A stretch of 64,000 bases of DNA. Origin: Myxococcota bacterium (GTDB lineage Bacteria > Myxococcota_A > UBA9160 > SZUA-336). This document shows positions 18,389 through 28,046 of this stretch, piece by piece. Every line of letters begins with the position of its first letter. The stretch's first letter is position 1. The notes under the pieces were generated by a model. It was not told the origin of the DNA. It made no database searches and saw only the letters and a program-made list of their open reading frames with translations. The stretch spans positions 15,317 to 79,316 of the forward strand of contig JBHHVJ010000010.1 of assembly GCA_046754285.1 (NCBI GenBank), read 5' to 3'. The translations under genes and the position numbers were made by a program.

Positions 18389-20890
18389 TCAGCTCAAGCC
18401 CAGGTGCTCACGCAGAACGCGGATCAGGACCGATTTCTTGACCGGCTTGCTCACGAAGTCGTCACAGCCTGCGGCCAGACACCTCTCCCGATCTCCCTTC
18501 ATGGCGTTCGCGGTCAGCGCAATGATCGGCCGCGAATAGCCCTGCTGCCGCAGGCTCATCGTGGCCGCATGTCCGTCCATCACAGGCATCTGGATGTCCA
18601 TCAGAATCGCGTCGAAGGGCCGCCCAACCGCCTGCTCCGCGAGCGCACGCTCACAAGCCACGGCCCCGTTCTCTGCGATCTCGACCTCTGCCCTCGCAGC
18701 GGTCAGGATTCGGCGAAGCAGGCGCTGGTTGTCCGGACCGTCCTCCGCGAGCAGCACGCGTGCACCGTCCAGCCGCGCCTCGCGGCGCCGGACCTCGTCC
18801 GCGCACTCCAGCAGGTCCACGCCCGGAAGCCCATCGAGCATCCTCACCTCGTCGAGGGGGCCCGTGGCAACGGTGAAGGAGAAGCAGCTGCCGACACTTT
18901 CCTCACTCTCCGCATCCAACTCTCCGCCGAGCAGCGTGGTCAGGTTTCGCGAGATCGAGAGCCCGAGCCCCGTCCCTCCGAAGCGGCGGGTCGTGGACAT
19001 GTCGGCCTGGGAGAACGGGCTGAAGATTCTCTCGAGCTGGCTCGAGCGGATCCCGATCCCCGTGTCCCGGATCGCGAAGCGCAACAGTGGGTGCGGCGCG
19101 TCCGCGGGCGTCGCCAGACCCACGGTGAGCTCGACGCGCCCCCGCGACGTGAACTTGATTGCGTTGCTGATCAGGTTCAGGAGCACCTGACGCAGCCGCG
19201 TCGGATCGGAGATGATCGTCTCCGGGATTGGGCCGTCGTTGCGCACGACGAACTCGATGCCCTTCTCGCGCGCCCGGGGCGCCATGGCTTCGACGACGTT
19301 CTGCACGATCCCGGCCGGTGAGCACCCGATGCGCTCGATCTCGAGGCGGCCTGCCTCGATCTTGGAGACATCGAGAATGTCATCGATGAGCTGGAGCAGG
19401 ATCTCCCCGTTGCGCCGGATCGTGGCGGCAAACTCGTCGCGCTCCTCTTGACTCTTCGCGCCCTGCAGGAGCTCGGAGTAGCCGATGATCGAGGTGAGCG
19501 GCGTGCGAATCTCGTGGCTCATATTGGCCAGGAAGGCCGTCTTGGCGTTCGTGGCGCTCACAGCGACCTGCATGGCATCGACGAGCTCACGATTTCGGCG
19601 CAGCAACAGCTCGTGGCTGCGCCGTCTCTGGAGCACCTGACCGATCGTCAGACCGACGTTGTGCATCAGCGCCAAGGGCCGTACCTCCCGCTCGCGGGGC
19701 TTGAGATCGAACAGCTCGAGCACGGCGACGACCTCGCGGGCCATGAAGATGGGAAAGCCTACAGCAGCCCGGACGATTCCCTCACCCGGAAGTGAGCGCT
19801 CGAACCAGTCCTCCTCCCAGCAGTCCTCCACCCAGACGGGCTCACGTCTCTCGAGCACGCGGCCCGGGAGATCCTCACCCGCGCGGAAGCTGCGCCCTCC
19901 CGTCCGCTCCACGAACTCGCTCGCCAGTTCCGGACACGAGACGTACCAGATATCGCTGGGACGCAGCAGCTCCGGCTCATCCTCGTCGCGCACGTAGACG
20001 TGTCCGATGGGCCAGAGCAGGAAGCGGCAGACCTGAGCACAGCAGCTGCGCAGGGCCTCGTCGAAGTCGCCCGCGCGGTCTCCGATCCGTGTGATCTGTC
20101 CCAGCAGGCGAAGCTCGGCCTCGGAGCGTTTGAGCTTGCGGTGTGCGACGCTCCGCGTCCGGACCATCTCGTTCAGCAGCCCCGCGAAGGCGTTGAACTC
20201 CTGGACGGCGAAGCGGGTGGGAACCGGTGCGGTGGTCTCCCCGGCGGCCTGCCGCCTGACCGCCTCGGCCATGGACCGGAGCGGGGCGACGACGAAGCGC
20301 TGCGTGACCCAGCTGGCCAGCAAACCGAAGACCAGGACGACGAAAGCCAGCACGCTGCTGAAGCGCAGGCTGCGGACGTCGAGCGCACGGTGCGCGGCCG
20401 TGCTGTCGAGCACCACGAGGATTCGCGCTTCCGTGCGGCGCTCGGTCGCCTGCGGGAGAGGAGACAGGGACGTGACCAGAACGAGCTGGCCGTCCAGGTG
20501 CTCGACTCGCGCCTGGTCCGCCCCGGAGGACCGTCGGGCGGCGAGCTCGTCCAGCTCGCGGAGATCCACGAGCTCGGCGAGCGTCTGGCCGCGCCAGTCG
20601 GCGTGGGAAGTCGCAGCGACACGCCCGGGAGCCCCCTGGAGCAAGGCAAGGCCCACGACCTCCGGCTGCGAGGCCAGCCCCTCCAGGGCCCGCTGCCGCT
20701 CCACAGCTCCGGGGACCGCCTCGGCCAGTATGCGCACGGAGTGCGCGATCGCACGCGCCCGCCGCTCGAGCTCCGCGTCCAGATCCCGTCCTTGATAGAC
20801 GAGCTCCACCGCCACCACGAGTGCACTCGCCAGAAGAGCGAAGGCCAGAAGCCGGCTCAGGAGCGCACCATGCAGCGTGGGCTCAGCCAC
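18389..20890 (-). CDS. Hybrid sensor histidine kinase (TM-sensor-HAMP-GAF-HisKA-HATPase-REC)
   Basis: FLANMSHEIRTPL, LRQVLLNLISNAIKFT, DTGIGI, GGTGLGL, receiver ILMDIQMP...KP; start uncertain (GTG 20890 preferred; GTG 20935 lies only 2 nt from a TACGAT -10). Confidence 0.9.
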   Translation of the reverse strand: MAEPTLHGALLSRLLAFALLASALVVAVELVYQGRDLDAELERRARAIAHSVRILAEAVPGAVERQRALEGLASQPEVVGLALLQGAPGRVAATSHADWRGQTLAELVDLRELDELAARRSSGADQARVEHLDGQLVLVTSLSPLPQATERRTEARILVVLDSTAAHRALDVRSLRFSSVLAFVVLVFGLLASWVTQRFVVAPLRSMAEAVRRQAAGETTAPVPTRFAVQEFNAFAGLLNEMVRTRSVAHRKLKRSEAELRLLGQITRIGDRAGDFDEALRSCCAQVCRFLLWPIGHVYVRDEDEPELLRPSDIWYVSCPELASEFVERTGGRSFRAGEDLPGRVLERREPVWVEDCWEEDWFERSLPGEGIVRAAVGFPIFMAREVVAVLELFDLKPREREVRPLALMHNVGLTIGQVLQRRRSHELLLRRNRELVDAMQVAVSATNAKTAFLANMSHEIRTPLTSIIGYSELLQGAKSQEERDEFAATIRRNGEILLQLIDDILDVSKIEAGRLEIERIGCSPAGIVQNVVEAMAPRAREKGIEFVVRNDGPIPETIISDPTRLRQVLLNLISNAIKFTSRGRVELTVGLATPADAPHPLLRFAIRDTGIGIRSSQLERIFSPFSQADMSTTRRFGGTGLGLSISRNLTTLLGGELDAESEESVGSCFSFTVATGPLDEVRMLDGLPGVDLLECADEVRRREARLDGARVLLAEDGPDNQRLLRRILTAARAEVEIAENGAVACERALAEQAVGRPFDAILMDIQMPVMDGHAATMSLRQQGYSRPIIALTANAMKGDRERCLAAGCDDFVSKPVKKSVLIRVLREHLGLS

Positions 20891-21005
20891 CGCGGGCGGG
20901 CTCCGCAGCGGGTTCCCCTTCGGCTCTGGATGCACGCATCGTAGACGGACGCTCCCTTCCGCGTCTCGTATCGACGCGGCACGGGGGCGGCATGAGAGCG
21001 GTGCG

Positions 21006-22145
21006 TCAGAAGCCGCGAAGAGCCGCGAAGCGTCGACGGTGGAAGGCCGCGTCTCCCAGGATCAGCTGCGTCACACGCGCCCGCTTGAGAAAGAAGCCGA
21101 TCTCCTCCTCGTCGGTGACGCCGATGCCCCCGTGCATCTGAATCGCCTCGTTGCCCACCCGGAAGACGGTGTCGGCACAGCGCGCCTTGGCCATGCTGGC
21201 CAGCGCCGATCGCTCCGGATCGCCCCGGTCCAGCGCCCGGAGGGCCGCGAGGACGACCGAGCGGGAGAGCTGGAGCTCACAGAACATCTGCGCCGCACGG
21301 TGCTTCAGCGCCTGGAAGGAACCGATCGGCACCCCGAACTGCTTGCGCTCCCTGAGGTAGGCCAGGGTACGATCGAAGGCCTCCTCGGCGCTCCCGAGCA
21401 TCTCGGCCGAGAGGCCCACCGTCGCACGGTCCAGCACCTCATCCAGCACGTCCGCGGCCCGCTCGGGCTCACCCAGCACCGCCTCCGCGCCCAGCTCCAC
21501 ACCGTTGAGACGCACGTGGGCGTTGACGCGGCTGTCCACCGTCCGCAGCGGCGTGATCTCGAGGCCCTCTTGATCCGTCGGCACCAGGAAGAGCGTCAGA
21601 CCCTCGCGTTCGCCGGGCTCTCCCGCGCTGCGTCCGAGCACGACGAGCGCGTCCGCGGCCGGCCCATCGAGGACGAAGCGCTTTTCACCCGAGAGGCGGT
21701 AGCCGCCTCCGTCGCGCACCGCGCACGTGGCCACGGCATAGGGGTCGTGACGAGAGCCCTCCTGGAACGCCAGCGCCAGGATGCGCTCGCCCGCACAGAT
21801 CGGGGGGAGCTGCTCCTTGAGCTGGGTCTCGTTTCCGCCCAGGAGCACGGCGCCCCCGGCCAGCAGGACCGTCGAGAGAATCGGCTGAGCCGCGAGCTGC
21901 CGGCCGCACTCCTCGAGCACGACGCCAAGCTCCGCGTGGCCCAGGCCGCTTCCGCCGTACTCCTCCGGAAAGATGATCCCCGCCCAGCCCAGCTCGGCCA
22001 TCTCGCTCCAGAGCTCGCGCGAGAATCCAACCGAGTCGCGGCAGTCACGAAGCTCGCGCACGCGGCCCACCGGTGATCGGTCACACAGAAACTCGCGTGC
22101 CGTGTCGCGCAGAAGCTGCTGCTCATCGTCCAGAACCAGAGGCAT
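21006..22145 (-). CDS. Acyl-CoA dehydrogenase family protein (second subunit of a tandem pair)
   Basis: RKQFGVPIGSFQALKHR, IQMHGGIG, FVLDG. Confidence 0.9.
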   Translation of the reverse strand: MPLVLDDEQQLLRDTAREFLCDRSPVGRVRELRDCRDSVGFSRELWSEMAELGWAGIIFPEEYGGSGLGHAELGVVLEECGRQLAAQPILSTVLLAGGAVLLGGNETQLKEQLPPICAGERILALAFQEGSRHDPYAVATCAVRDGGGYRLSGEKRFVLDGPAADALVVLGRSAGEPGEREGLTLFLVPTDQEGLEITPLRTVDSRVNAHVRLNGVELGAEAVLGEPERAADVLDEVLDRATVGLSAEMLGSAEEAFDRTLAYLRERKQFGVPIGSFQALKHRAAQMFCELQLSRSVVLAALRALDRGDPERSALASMAKARCADTVFRVGNEAIQMHGGIGVTDEEEIGFFLKRARVTQLILGDAAFHRRRFAALRGF

Positions 22146-22149
22146 CGGG

Positions 22150-23349
22150 TCAGTCCGGAAGGCCGAGCACGCGCTTGGCGATGATGTTGAGCTGGATCTC
22201 GGAGGTGCCGCCCTCGATCGAGTTTCCCTTGGAGCGCAGCCACTCACGCGTCGTCGAGAGCTCCTCCCGGGTGAAGCCTTCTCCCTCCCAGCCGAGCGCC
22301 TGCGTGCCCAGAATCGATACGAGAAGCTCGTACTTGCACTTGTTGAGCTCGGTGCCGTAGAGCTTGAACATCGATGAGGTGGCTCCCGGGCCGCGCTTCG
22401 CCTTCGCCTCGTCCGTGGAGCGCTGCAGCGTGAGCCGGAAGCAGCGCTCGTCCATCAGATGCTGGGCGATGCGGTCGCGCAGCTCGGGGTCCGGCAGCGG
22501 CCCTTCGGGAGCGCCGAGGTACTCCCGTGCTCGCTCCACGATCGAGCGTTCCCGACCACCGACCGCGAGCGCCCCCATGCCGAGACCCATCTGGGAGATC
22601 ATGGCCCGTTCATGCTGGAGCAGCCGCTTGGCGATCCTCCAGCCGCCGTTGACCTCGCCCACGAGGTTCCGCACCGGGACCCGGACGTTCTCGAAGAAGG
22701 TCTGGCAGAACGGCGACGAGCCACTGATGAGCTGAATCGGCGCCGTGGAGACTCCCGGCGAGTCCATGTCGATGAGCAGAAAGCTGATGCCATCGTGCTT
22801 GGGTACTGCCGGATCCGTTCGGACCAGGCAGAAGATCCAGTCGGACTGATCCGCATACGAGGTCCAGATCTTCTGGCCGTTCACCAGGTACTCGTCGCCG
22901 TCGCGGACGGCCCGCATCTGCAGGCCCGCCAGGTCCGAGCCCGCCCCCGGCTCGCTGTAGCCCTGACACCAGCGGATCTCGCCTCGAATGATGCGGGGAA
23001 GATGCTCACGCTTCTGCTCCTCGTTGCCGAACTCGAGCAGCACCGGACCCAGCATCGAGAGGCCGAAGCTGATCAAGGGAGAGTGACAGCCGAGCCGGCG
23101 AATCTCCTCCTCGAGAACGCGCGCCTCCTCTGCGGACAGGCCGCCGCCGCCGTACTCGCGCGGCCAGGTAGGGGCGGTCCAGCCACGCTCGGCCATGCGC
23201 TCGAGCCAGAGCGCGGAGTCGGGGTTGCGGAGCACCTCCTTGCGCCCACCCCACACCGTCTCGACCGGATGGTCCCCCCGCTTCGACGCGGGGCAGTTTT
23301 CCTCCAGCCAGCGCCGGGTCTCCTCGCGAAAGCTCTCCAGCGGCTCCAC
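22150..23349 (-). CDS. Acyl-CoA dehydrogenase family protein
   Basis: WCQGYSEPGAGSDLA, NGQKIWTS, LQHER, SIEGGTSEIQLNII; strong SD before GTG. Confidence 0.92.
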   Translation of the reverse strand: MEPLESFREETRRWLEENCPASKRGDHPVETVWGGRKEVLRNPDSALWLERMAERGWTAPTWPREYGGGGLSAEEARVLEEEIRRLGCHSPLISFGLSMLGPVLLEFGNEEQKREHLPRIIRGEIRWCQGYSEPGAGSDLAGLQMRAVRDGDEYLVNGQKIWTSYADQSDWIFCLVRTDPAVPKHDGISFLLIDMDSPGVSTAPIQLISGSSPFCQTFFENVRVPVRNLVGEVNGGWRIAKRLLQHERAMISQMGLGMGALAVGGRERSIVERAREYLGAPEGPLPDPELRDRIAQHLMDERCFRLTLQRSTDEAKAKRGPGATSSMFKLYGTELNKCKYELLVSILGTQALGWEGEGFTREELSTTREWLRSKGNSIEGGTSEIQLNIIAKRVLGLPD

Positions 23350-23419
23350 CTCTCCTCCTCGCCCGAGCTGGTTCCCGGGGCTGCACCGTGCGTGGGCGCG
23401 GTATCGTATCATATCGCCG

Positions 23420-23950
23420 ATGCGGTCCCTGCGTCGTCTCTTGGGCCTCGATGAAGCGGCCGCGGTCGAACGCGACGATACCGAGACGGTTCGGCGAATT
23501 GCCCAGCAGCTCGACCGCATGGATCCCGAGCAGGCCCGCTACCTGGCCTCCTTCGCCTACGTGCTGGCGCGCGTCGCGCACGCGGACCACGACGTCTCGG
23601 ACGAGGAGGTGCGTGAGATGGAGAAGTGGGTTCGGGAGCTCGGCGAGCTCAGCGAGGCCCAGGCGGCCCTGGTCGTCCAGATCGCCAAGAGCCAGGCCAT
23701 CCATCTCGGGGCAACGGAGAACTACGTGGTGACGCGTCAGTTCCGCGAGAGCTCCACGCGGGAGCAGCGGCTCGGCCTGCTGCGCTGCCTGTTCGCGGTC
23801 GCGGCCGCGGATCAGACGGTCTCCGACGTGGAGAACACCGAGATCAGCCTGATCGCGAACGAGCTCGGGATCACCGCACCCGAGGTCGCGGCCGCCCGGG
23901 GGGCCTACCGAGAGTACCTCTCCGTCCTGCGTCACCTGCCGCGAGGCTGA
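23420..23950 (+). CDS. TerB family (tellurite-resistance-like) protein
   Basis: Duplicated VA.AD..VS..E motifs (VAHADHDVSDEE, VAAADQTVSDVE) and C-terminal IA..LGI. Confidence 0.8.
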   Translation: MRSLRRLLGLDEAAAVERDDTETVRRIAQQLDRMDPEQARYLASFAYVLARVAHADHDVSDEEVREMEKWVRELGELSEAQAALVVQIAKSQAIHLGATENYVVTRQFRESSTREQRLGLLRCLFAVAAADQTVSDVENTEISLIANELGITAPEVAAARGAYREYLSVLRHLPRG

Positions 23951-24019
23951 GAGCCCCTCGGGCGTGGAGGGCCGAGTCCAGCTCCGTTAAGCTCCTCGGA
24001 GCGCGGAGAGAGGAGAGAA

Positions 24020-25147
24020 ATGGAGATCGAGGTCAGGCGGCGCTACAGCGATGCAGCGAAGCGACGGGAGGAGGCGCTCTGCTGCCCGGTGGAGTACGAC
24101 GCGCGCTACCTCGCGGTGATCCCGCCCGAGGTTCTCGAGCGCGACTACGGCTGCGGGGATCCCTCACGGTACGTGCAGCCGGGGGACCATGTTCTGGACC
24201 TGGGAAGCGGCGCCGGAAAGCTCTGCTTCATCGCCGCTCAGGCCACCGGCAAGGAGGGTCGCGTCGTCGGCATCGACATGAACGACGAGATGCTGGCTCT
24301 GGCGCGGCGAGCGGCCCCACAGGTCGCCGAACGCATCGGCTACGGGAACGTCACCTTTCGGCGCGCACGTATTCAGGACCTCCGTCTCGATCTCGACCGA
24401 GTCGACGCCTGGCTGGCAGAGAACCCGGTGCGGGGAGCCGGGGACCTCGCCGGGCTCGAGGCGCTCTGCGAACGGTTGCGCGAGGAGTCGCCGCTGGTGC
24501 GGGATGAGTCGATCGACCTGGTGATCTCCAACTGCGTGCTGAATCTGGTCCGTTCCGAGGACAAACACACGTTGATCGGGGAGATCTTCCGTGTGCTGCG
24601 GCGCGGGGGACGCGTCGCGATCGCGGACATCGTTAGCGATGAGCCGGTTCCGGACGAGCTCAAGCGGGATCCCGAGCTCTGGAGCGGCTGCATCTCGGGA
24701 GCGTTTCAAGAGCGTGAGCTTCTCGGCGCCCTCGAGGCTGCGGGCTTCTACGGCCTCCGGATCGAGGCGTGGACGGAGGAGCCCTTCCGCGTGATCGACG
24801 GGATCGAGTTCCGGTCCGTGACCGTCACGGGTCGCAAGGGGAAGGAGGGGCCCTGCTGGGAAGCCCGACAGGCCGTGGTCTATCGCGGTCCTTGGAGGCA
24901 GGTCGAGGACGACGACGGACAGGTGTTGCGACGGGGCGAGCGCACGGCGGTCTGCGCAAAGACCTTCGGGATCCTCACCTCGGCGCCCTACGCCGAGGAT
25001 CTGATCCCGATCGAGCCCCGCAAGGCCGTGCCGGAGGATGCGCGTGAGCTCTTCGACCGCTCGCGCGACGTACGCCGCGACCCGCGCGAGACCAAGGGCC
25101 GCGACTACAGCGTGACGCGGACGTCGGGCTCTAGCTCCTGCTGCTGA
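24020..25147 (+). CDS. SAM-dependent methyltransferase, arsenite methyltransferase (ArsM)-like
   Basis: LCCP, YGCGDP, VLDLGSGAG, VISNCVLNL, WSGCISGA (ArsM-type cysteines), C-terminal CC; strong SD. Confidence 0.8.
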   Translation: MEIEVRRRYSDAAKRREEALCCPVEYDARYLAVIPPEVLERDYGCGDPSRYVQPGDHVLDLGSGAGKLCFIAAQATGKEGRVVGIDMNDEMLALARRAAPQVAERIGYGNVTFRRARIQDLRLDLDRVDAWLAENPVRGAGDLAGLEALCERLREESPLVRDESIDLVISNCVLNLVRSEDKHTLIGEIFRVLRRGGRVAIADIVSDEPVPDELKRDPELWSGCISGAFQERELLGALEAAGFYGLRIEAWTEEPFRVIDGIEFRSVTVTGRKGKEGPCWEARQAVVYRGPWRQVEDDDGQVLRRGERTAVCAKTFGILTSAPYAEDLIPIEPRKAVPEDARELFDRSRDVRRDPRETKGRDYSVTRTSGSSSCC

Positions 25148-26316
25148 GCGCCGGGCCGGAGCACGTGCTCGGTGATCTCGGCTGGAGCGAACAGGCGCAT
25201 CGGAGGTCCCCAGAAGCCGGAGCCGCGGCTCACGTAGAGCCGCGCGCCCTCACGCTCGTAGACGCCCGCCACGAAGGGAACCACCAGCCGCACGAGCGCG
25301 CTGAACGGCCAGATCTGTCCCCCGTGCGTGTGGCCGGAGAGCTGCAGGTCTACACCCATGCGTGAGGCGCTCCGGAAGGTGCTCGGGTCGTGCGCGAGAA
25401 GGACCAGGGTGCGATTCGGATCGCGTCCGGCGAGGGCGCGCGGCAGATCCTCCCTCACACCGTCGAAGTGGCCCCCACGATGATCGTCGACCCCCGCCAG
25501 CTCGAAGCTCGTCTCGCCACGGGCGATCGTGACTCGAGAGTTCCGCAGCACGGACAGGCCCAGCTTCTCCAGCGTGCGGCACCAAACCTGCGCGCCGGAG
25601 TAGTGGTCGTGATTTCCGGTCACGAAGAAGACTCCATGCCGCGCACGCAGCTCCGCGAGCGGAGCGACCTCGTCGGCCAGTCGGTCGACGCTACCGTCCA
25701 CCAGGTCCCCCGTCACGACCAGGAGATCGGGCTCGAGGGCGTTGCATCGGTCAACGAGGTGACGGGCAAAGCGGACGTCCAGAATACCCCCGATGTGCAG
25801 ATCGCTGATCTGCACGATGCGAAAGCCGTCGAGCGGGCGGGGCCAACGTGCGAGCCGATGCTCCACGCGTCGCAGGGGGGGAGGTCGCAGGGCATTGCGC
25901 AGGCCCAGCACAGCCCCGCCACCCGCCAGCCCGCCCACCACGAGCGCGCGCAGCCGCGCCCCGGACTCGTGCAGCAGACCGTCCCCGGACTGCGCCCACG
26001 CCGGTGGGCCGACCAGCCAGAGTGCCAGGTCGGAGAAGCTCAACAGCGTGAGCAGGAGGAAGGCCAGGCCCATCCAGACGGCGCCCGACCAGACGACGAT
26101 CTTTGCCCGCCGCGGCGGGAGGAGTCGACCGGAGACCAACGAGAGCACGAGGCTCGTCCCCAAGAGGGCGATCGCGGCCAGCAGCGCCGAACGAAAAGGC
26201 TCGGGCCAGGCCGGCTCGAGCACGAGCCGTCGGGCGAGGTACAGATGGGCTCCCACGAGCAGGGACGCAGCCACGGAGGCAGCGGTGAGTGCGAGCAGCA
26301 GCGGGCGGAGGGTCAC
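25105..26316 (-). CDS. Membrane-anchored metallophosphoesterase (YkuE/YaeI-like)
   Basis: Three N-terminal TMs; SDLH, GDLVD, GNHD, LAHDP, SGHTHGGQ. Confidence 0.88.
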   Translation of the reverse strand: MTLRPLLLALTAASVAASLLVGAHLYLARRLVLEPAWPEPFRSALLAAIALLGTSLVLSLVSGRLLPPRRAKIVVWSGAVWMGLAFLLLTLLSFSDLALWLVGPPAWAQSGDGLLHESGARLRALVVGGLAGGGAVLGLRNALRPPPLRRVEHRLARWPRPLDGFRIVQISDLHIGGILDVRFARHLVDRCNALEPDLLVVTGDLVDGSVDRLADEVAPLAELRARHGVFFVTGNHDHYSGAQVWCRTLEKLGLSVLRNSRVTIARGETSFELAGVDDHRGGHFDGVREDLPRALAGRDPNRTLVLLAHDPSTFRSASRMGVDLQLSGHTHGGQIWPFSALVRLVVPFVAGVYEREGARLYVSRGSGFWGPPMRLFAPAEITEHVLRPGAQQQELEPDVRVTL

Positions 26317-27983
26317 GTGCGCGAGTGTACGGGCCGCACGACGATCAGCAAGGCGAGGAGCACGGCGCTGGCCAGGCTGAGCCCGCTGGCGAGCCGACGC
26401 ACGGCCGGGGGTGTGAGGCGGAGCGAGACCCGGCTTCGTCCTTCCGGGACCTCGAGCTCGATGGCACCGGTGGGGCTCCGCAGCACGCGCGCGGGCTGCC
26501 CGTCGATCTCGGCCCGCCAGCCCGGAAAGTCCCAGCGCGCCAGGCGGATGCGCGTGGCCCGGGCGGCCTCGACGACGAGAACGATTCGCGTTCCCCGGTT
26601 CTCCTCGACGACGGCGTGGATCTCCGGGAGCGGCGAGACCAGAGGCCCGAGGGAGGGGCGCTCCCTCCGCCAGACCTGCCGGCTCGCGGTCCGCGGCAGG
26701 TACTCGTCCCGAACGGTGGCGGACTGTGTGCCGGCGCGAATCCGCTCCGGACGCAGTGCGTCGCCGAGCTGCGCGCGCACAGGGGGGGGGAGCGGCCGGT
26801 AGCCCAGGATGCGCGGTGCGGCATTGGCGATGCAGAGCGCGAGGACCGCCAGCTCGAACGCAGCCCGTGCGCGAGAGGGGAGCCGCACACCGAGGCGGGC
26901 GAAGCAGAGGCCCGCGATCAACGCCGTCATCAGTGCCAGCGGCCCACCCATCCGCCAGGGGAACTGAAACAGCGGCAGAAAGGGCAGCGTCTCCCAGATC
27001 GGCGTGCTCACACGAAGCGAGAGCAGCAGGAAACCCGCGCAGGCGAGGAGCGCACCGAACAGAATGCGAGCCACCCGGGGTGAGCGGCGCCACTCCCGCA
27101 GCAGAGCGAAGGCACCTCCGAGCCAGATCAAGGGTGGCAACGCCCCGAGTGAGAAGAAGCGCTCGTAGCCGAAGAGCTGGACGAGCCGCGGGAACTGCAC
27201 GTGGAAGTCGAACTTGCCCTCGAGAAGCTCCTCGGGTCGCATCCACGAGCCCAGCGCGAGCGCGGGGATCCAGAAGAAGGCCGCCAGCCCGAGCCCAAGT
27301 GCCACACCCTTGGCGAGCGCCACGCTGCAGCCGCGTGGGGGCGACGGCAGATAGAGCCCGGCGGCCCCGAGCACGAGCAGCCCGGCTACGACCAGAGCGG
27401 TGAGGTTGTGAGCGAGGATGACGGCGGCGAGACCGAGCGCGAGGGCCACGACGGTGCGGCGATCCGGGCGCCGCAGACGGAAGAGCGCGGCGAGCGCGAG
27501 CGGCGCGGCGGCGAGACCGGCGTACTCGGCGTTCGCGTTGCGGATCAACGCGTCGCCCAGCAGGTACGGGCTCAGCACGTAGACGTAGCCGGCGACGCGC
27601 GCCGCCCCGCGATCGGCACCCACGTCCCCTCCCCCCGCGGCGACCAGCATGCGTCCGGCCGCCCAGAATGCGAGACAGGCGAGCCCGACGAGGCTGATCA
27701 CCGCTGCCGTGGGCATCGAGACGATCCAGCTGAGCAGGGCCGAGACCAAGAGAAAGGCGGGCGCGTAGAACAGGAAGATCGGCGAGCCATAGCCACCGTA
27801 GAGGTTCTCGGCCCAGTAGGGTGGAAGCTGGCCCCCCGCGAGCGCCGCACGGTACTCCGCGATGCGCACCAGCTCGAAGCTCCAGTCATGCCCCTGTGGG
27901 AAGCCGCGAAAGATCAGCGGACCCACCGCCACGAGGAGGGCGAGAGCGGGAAGCAAACGACGCTGGAGCAGATCCAGGATCAT
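26313..27983 (-). CDS. Polytopic membrane protein, GT-C/PMT-like (often labelled 6-pyruvoyl-tetrahydropterin synthase-related or YfhO-like)
   Basis: GHDWSFELVR, GGYGSPIFLFYAP, about 11 hydrophobic segments, QFPWR, C-terminal FPGW.AEIDG. Confidence 0.7.
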   Translation of the reverse strand: MILDLLQRRLLPALALLVAVGPLIFRGFPQGHDWSFELVRIAEYRAALAGGQLPPYWAENLYGGYGSPIFLFYAPAFLLVSALLSWIVSMPTAAVISLVGLACLAFWAAGRMLVAAGGGDVGADRGAARVAGYVYVLSPYLLGDALIRNANAEYAGLAAAPLALAALFRLRRPDRRTVVALALGLAAVILAHNLTALVVAGLLVLGAAGLYLPSPPRGCSVALAKGVALGLGLAAFFWIPALALGSWMRPEELLEGKFDFHVQFPRLVQLFGYERFFSLGALPPLIWLGGAFALLREWRRSPRVARILFGALLACAGFLLLSLRVSTPIWETLPFLPLFQFPWRMGGPLALMTALIAGLCFARLGVRLPSRARAAFELAVLALCIANAAPRILGYRPLPPPVRAQLGDALRPERIRAGTQSATVRDEYLPRTASRQVWRRERPSLGPLVSPLPEIHAVVEENRGTRIVLVVEAARATRIRLARWDFPGWRAEIDGQPARVLRSPTGAIELEVPEGRSRVSLRLTPPAVRRLASGLSLASAVLLALLIVVRPVHSRT

Positions 27984-28046
27984 CCCTCCCCCCGTCGGCT
28001 CGCCCGGCTCATCCGAGCCGCGGGATCGTACCACGCCGTATCCCGT

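Noticed and set aside
26782-26790. G9 run inside the GT-C-like gene as a phase-variation tract
   Set aside because: Encodes a Pro stretch (LPPPV) in frame and a single sequence gives no evidence of slippage; worth revisiting only with reads
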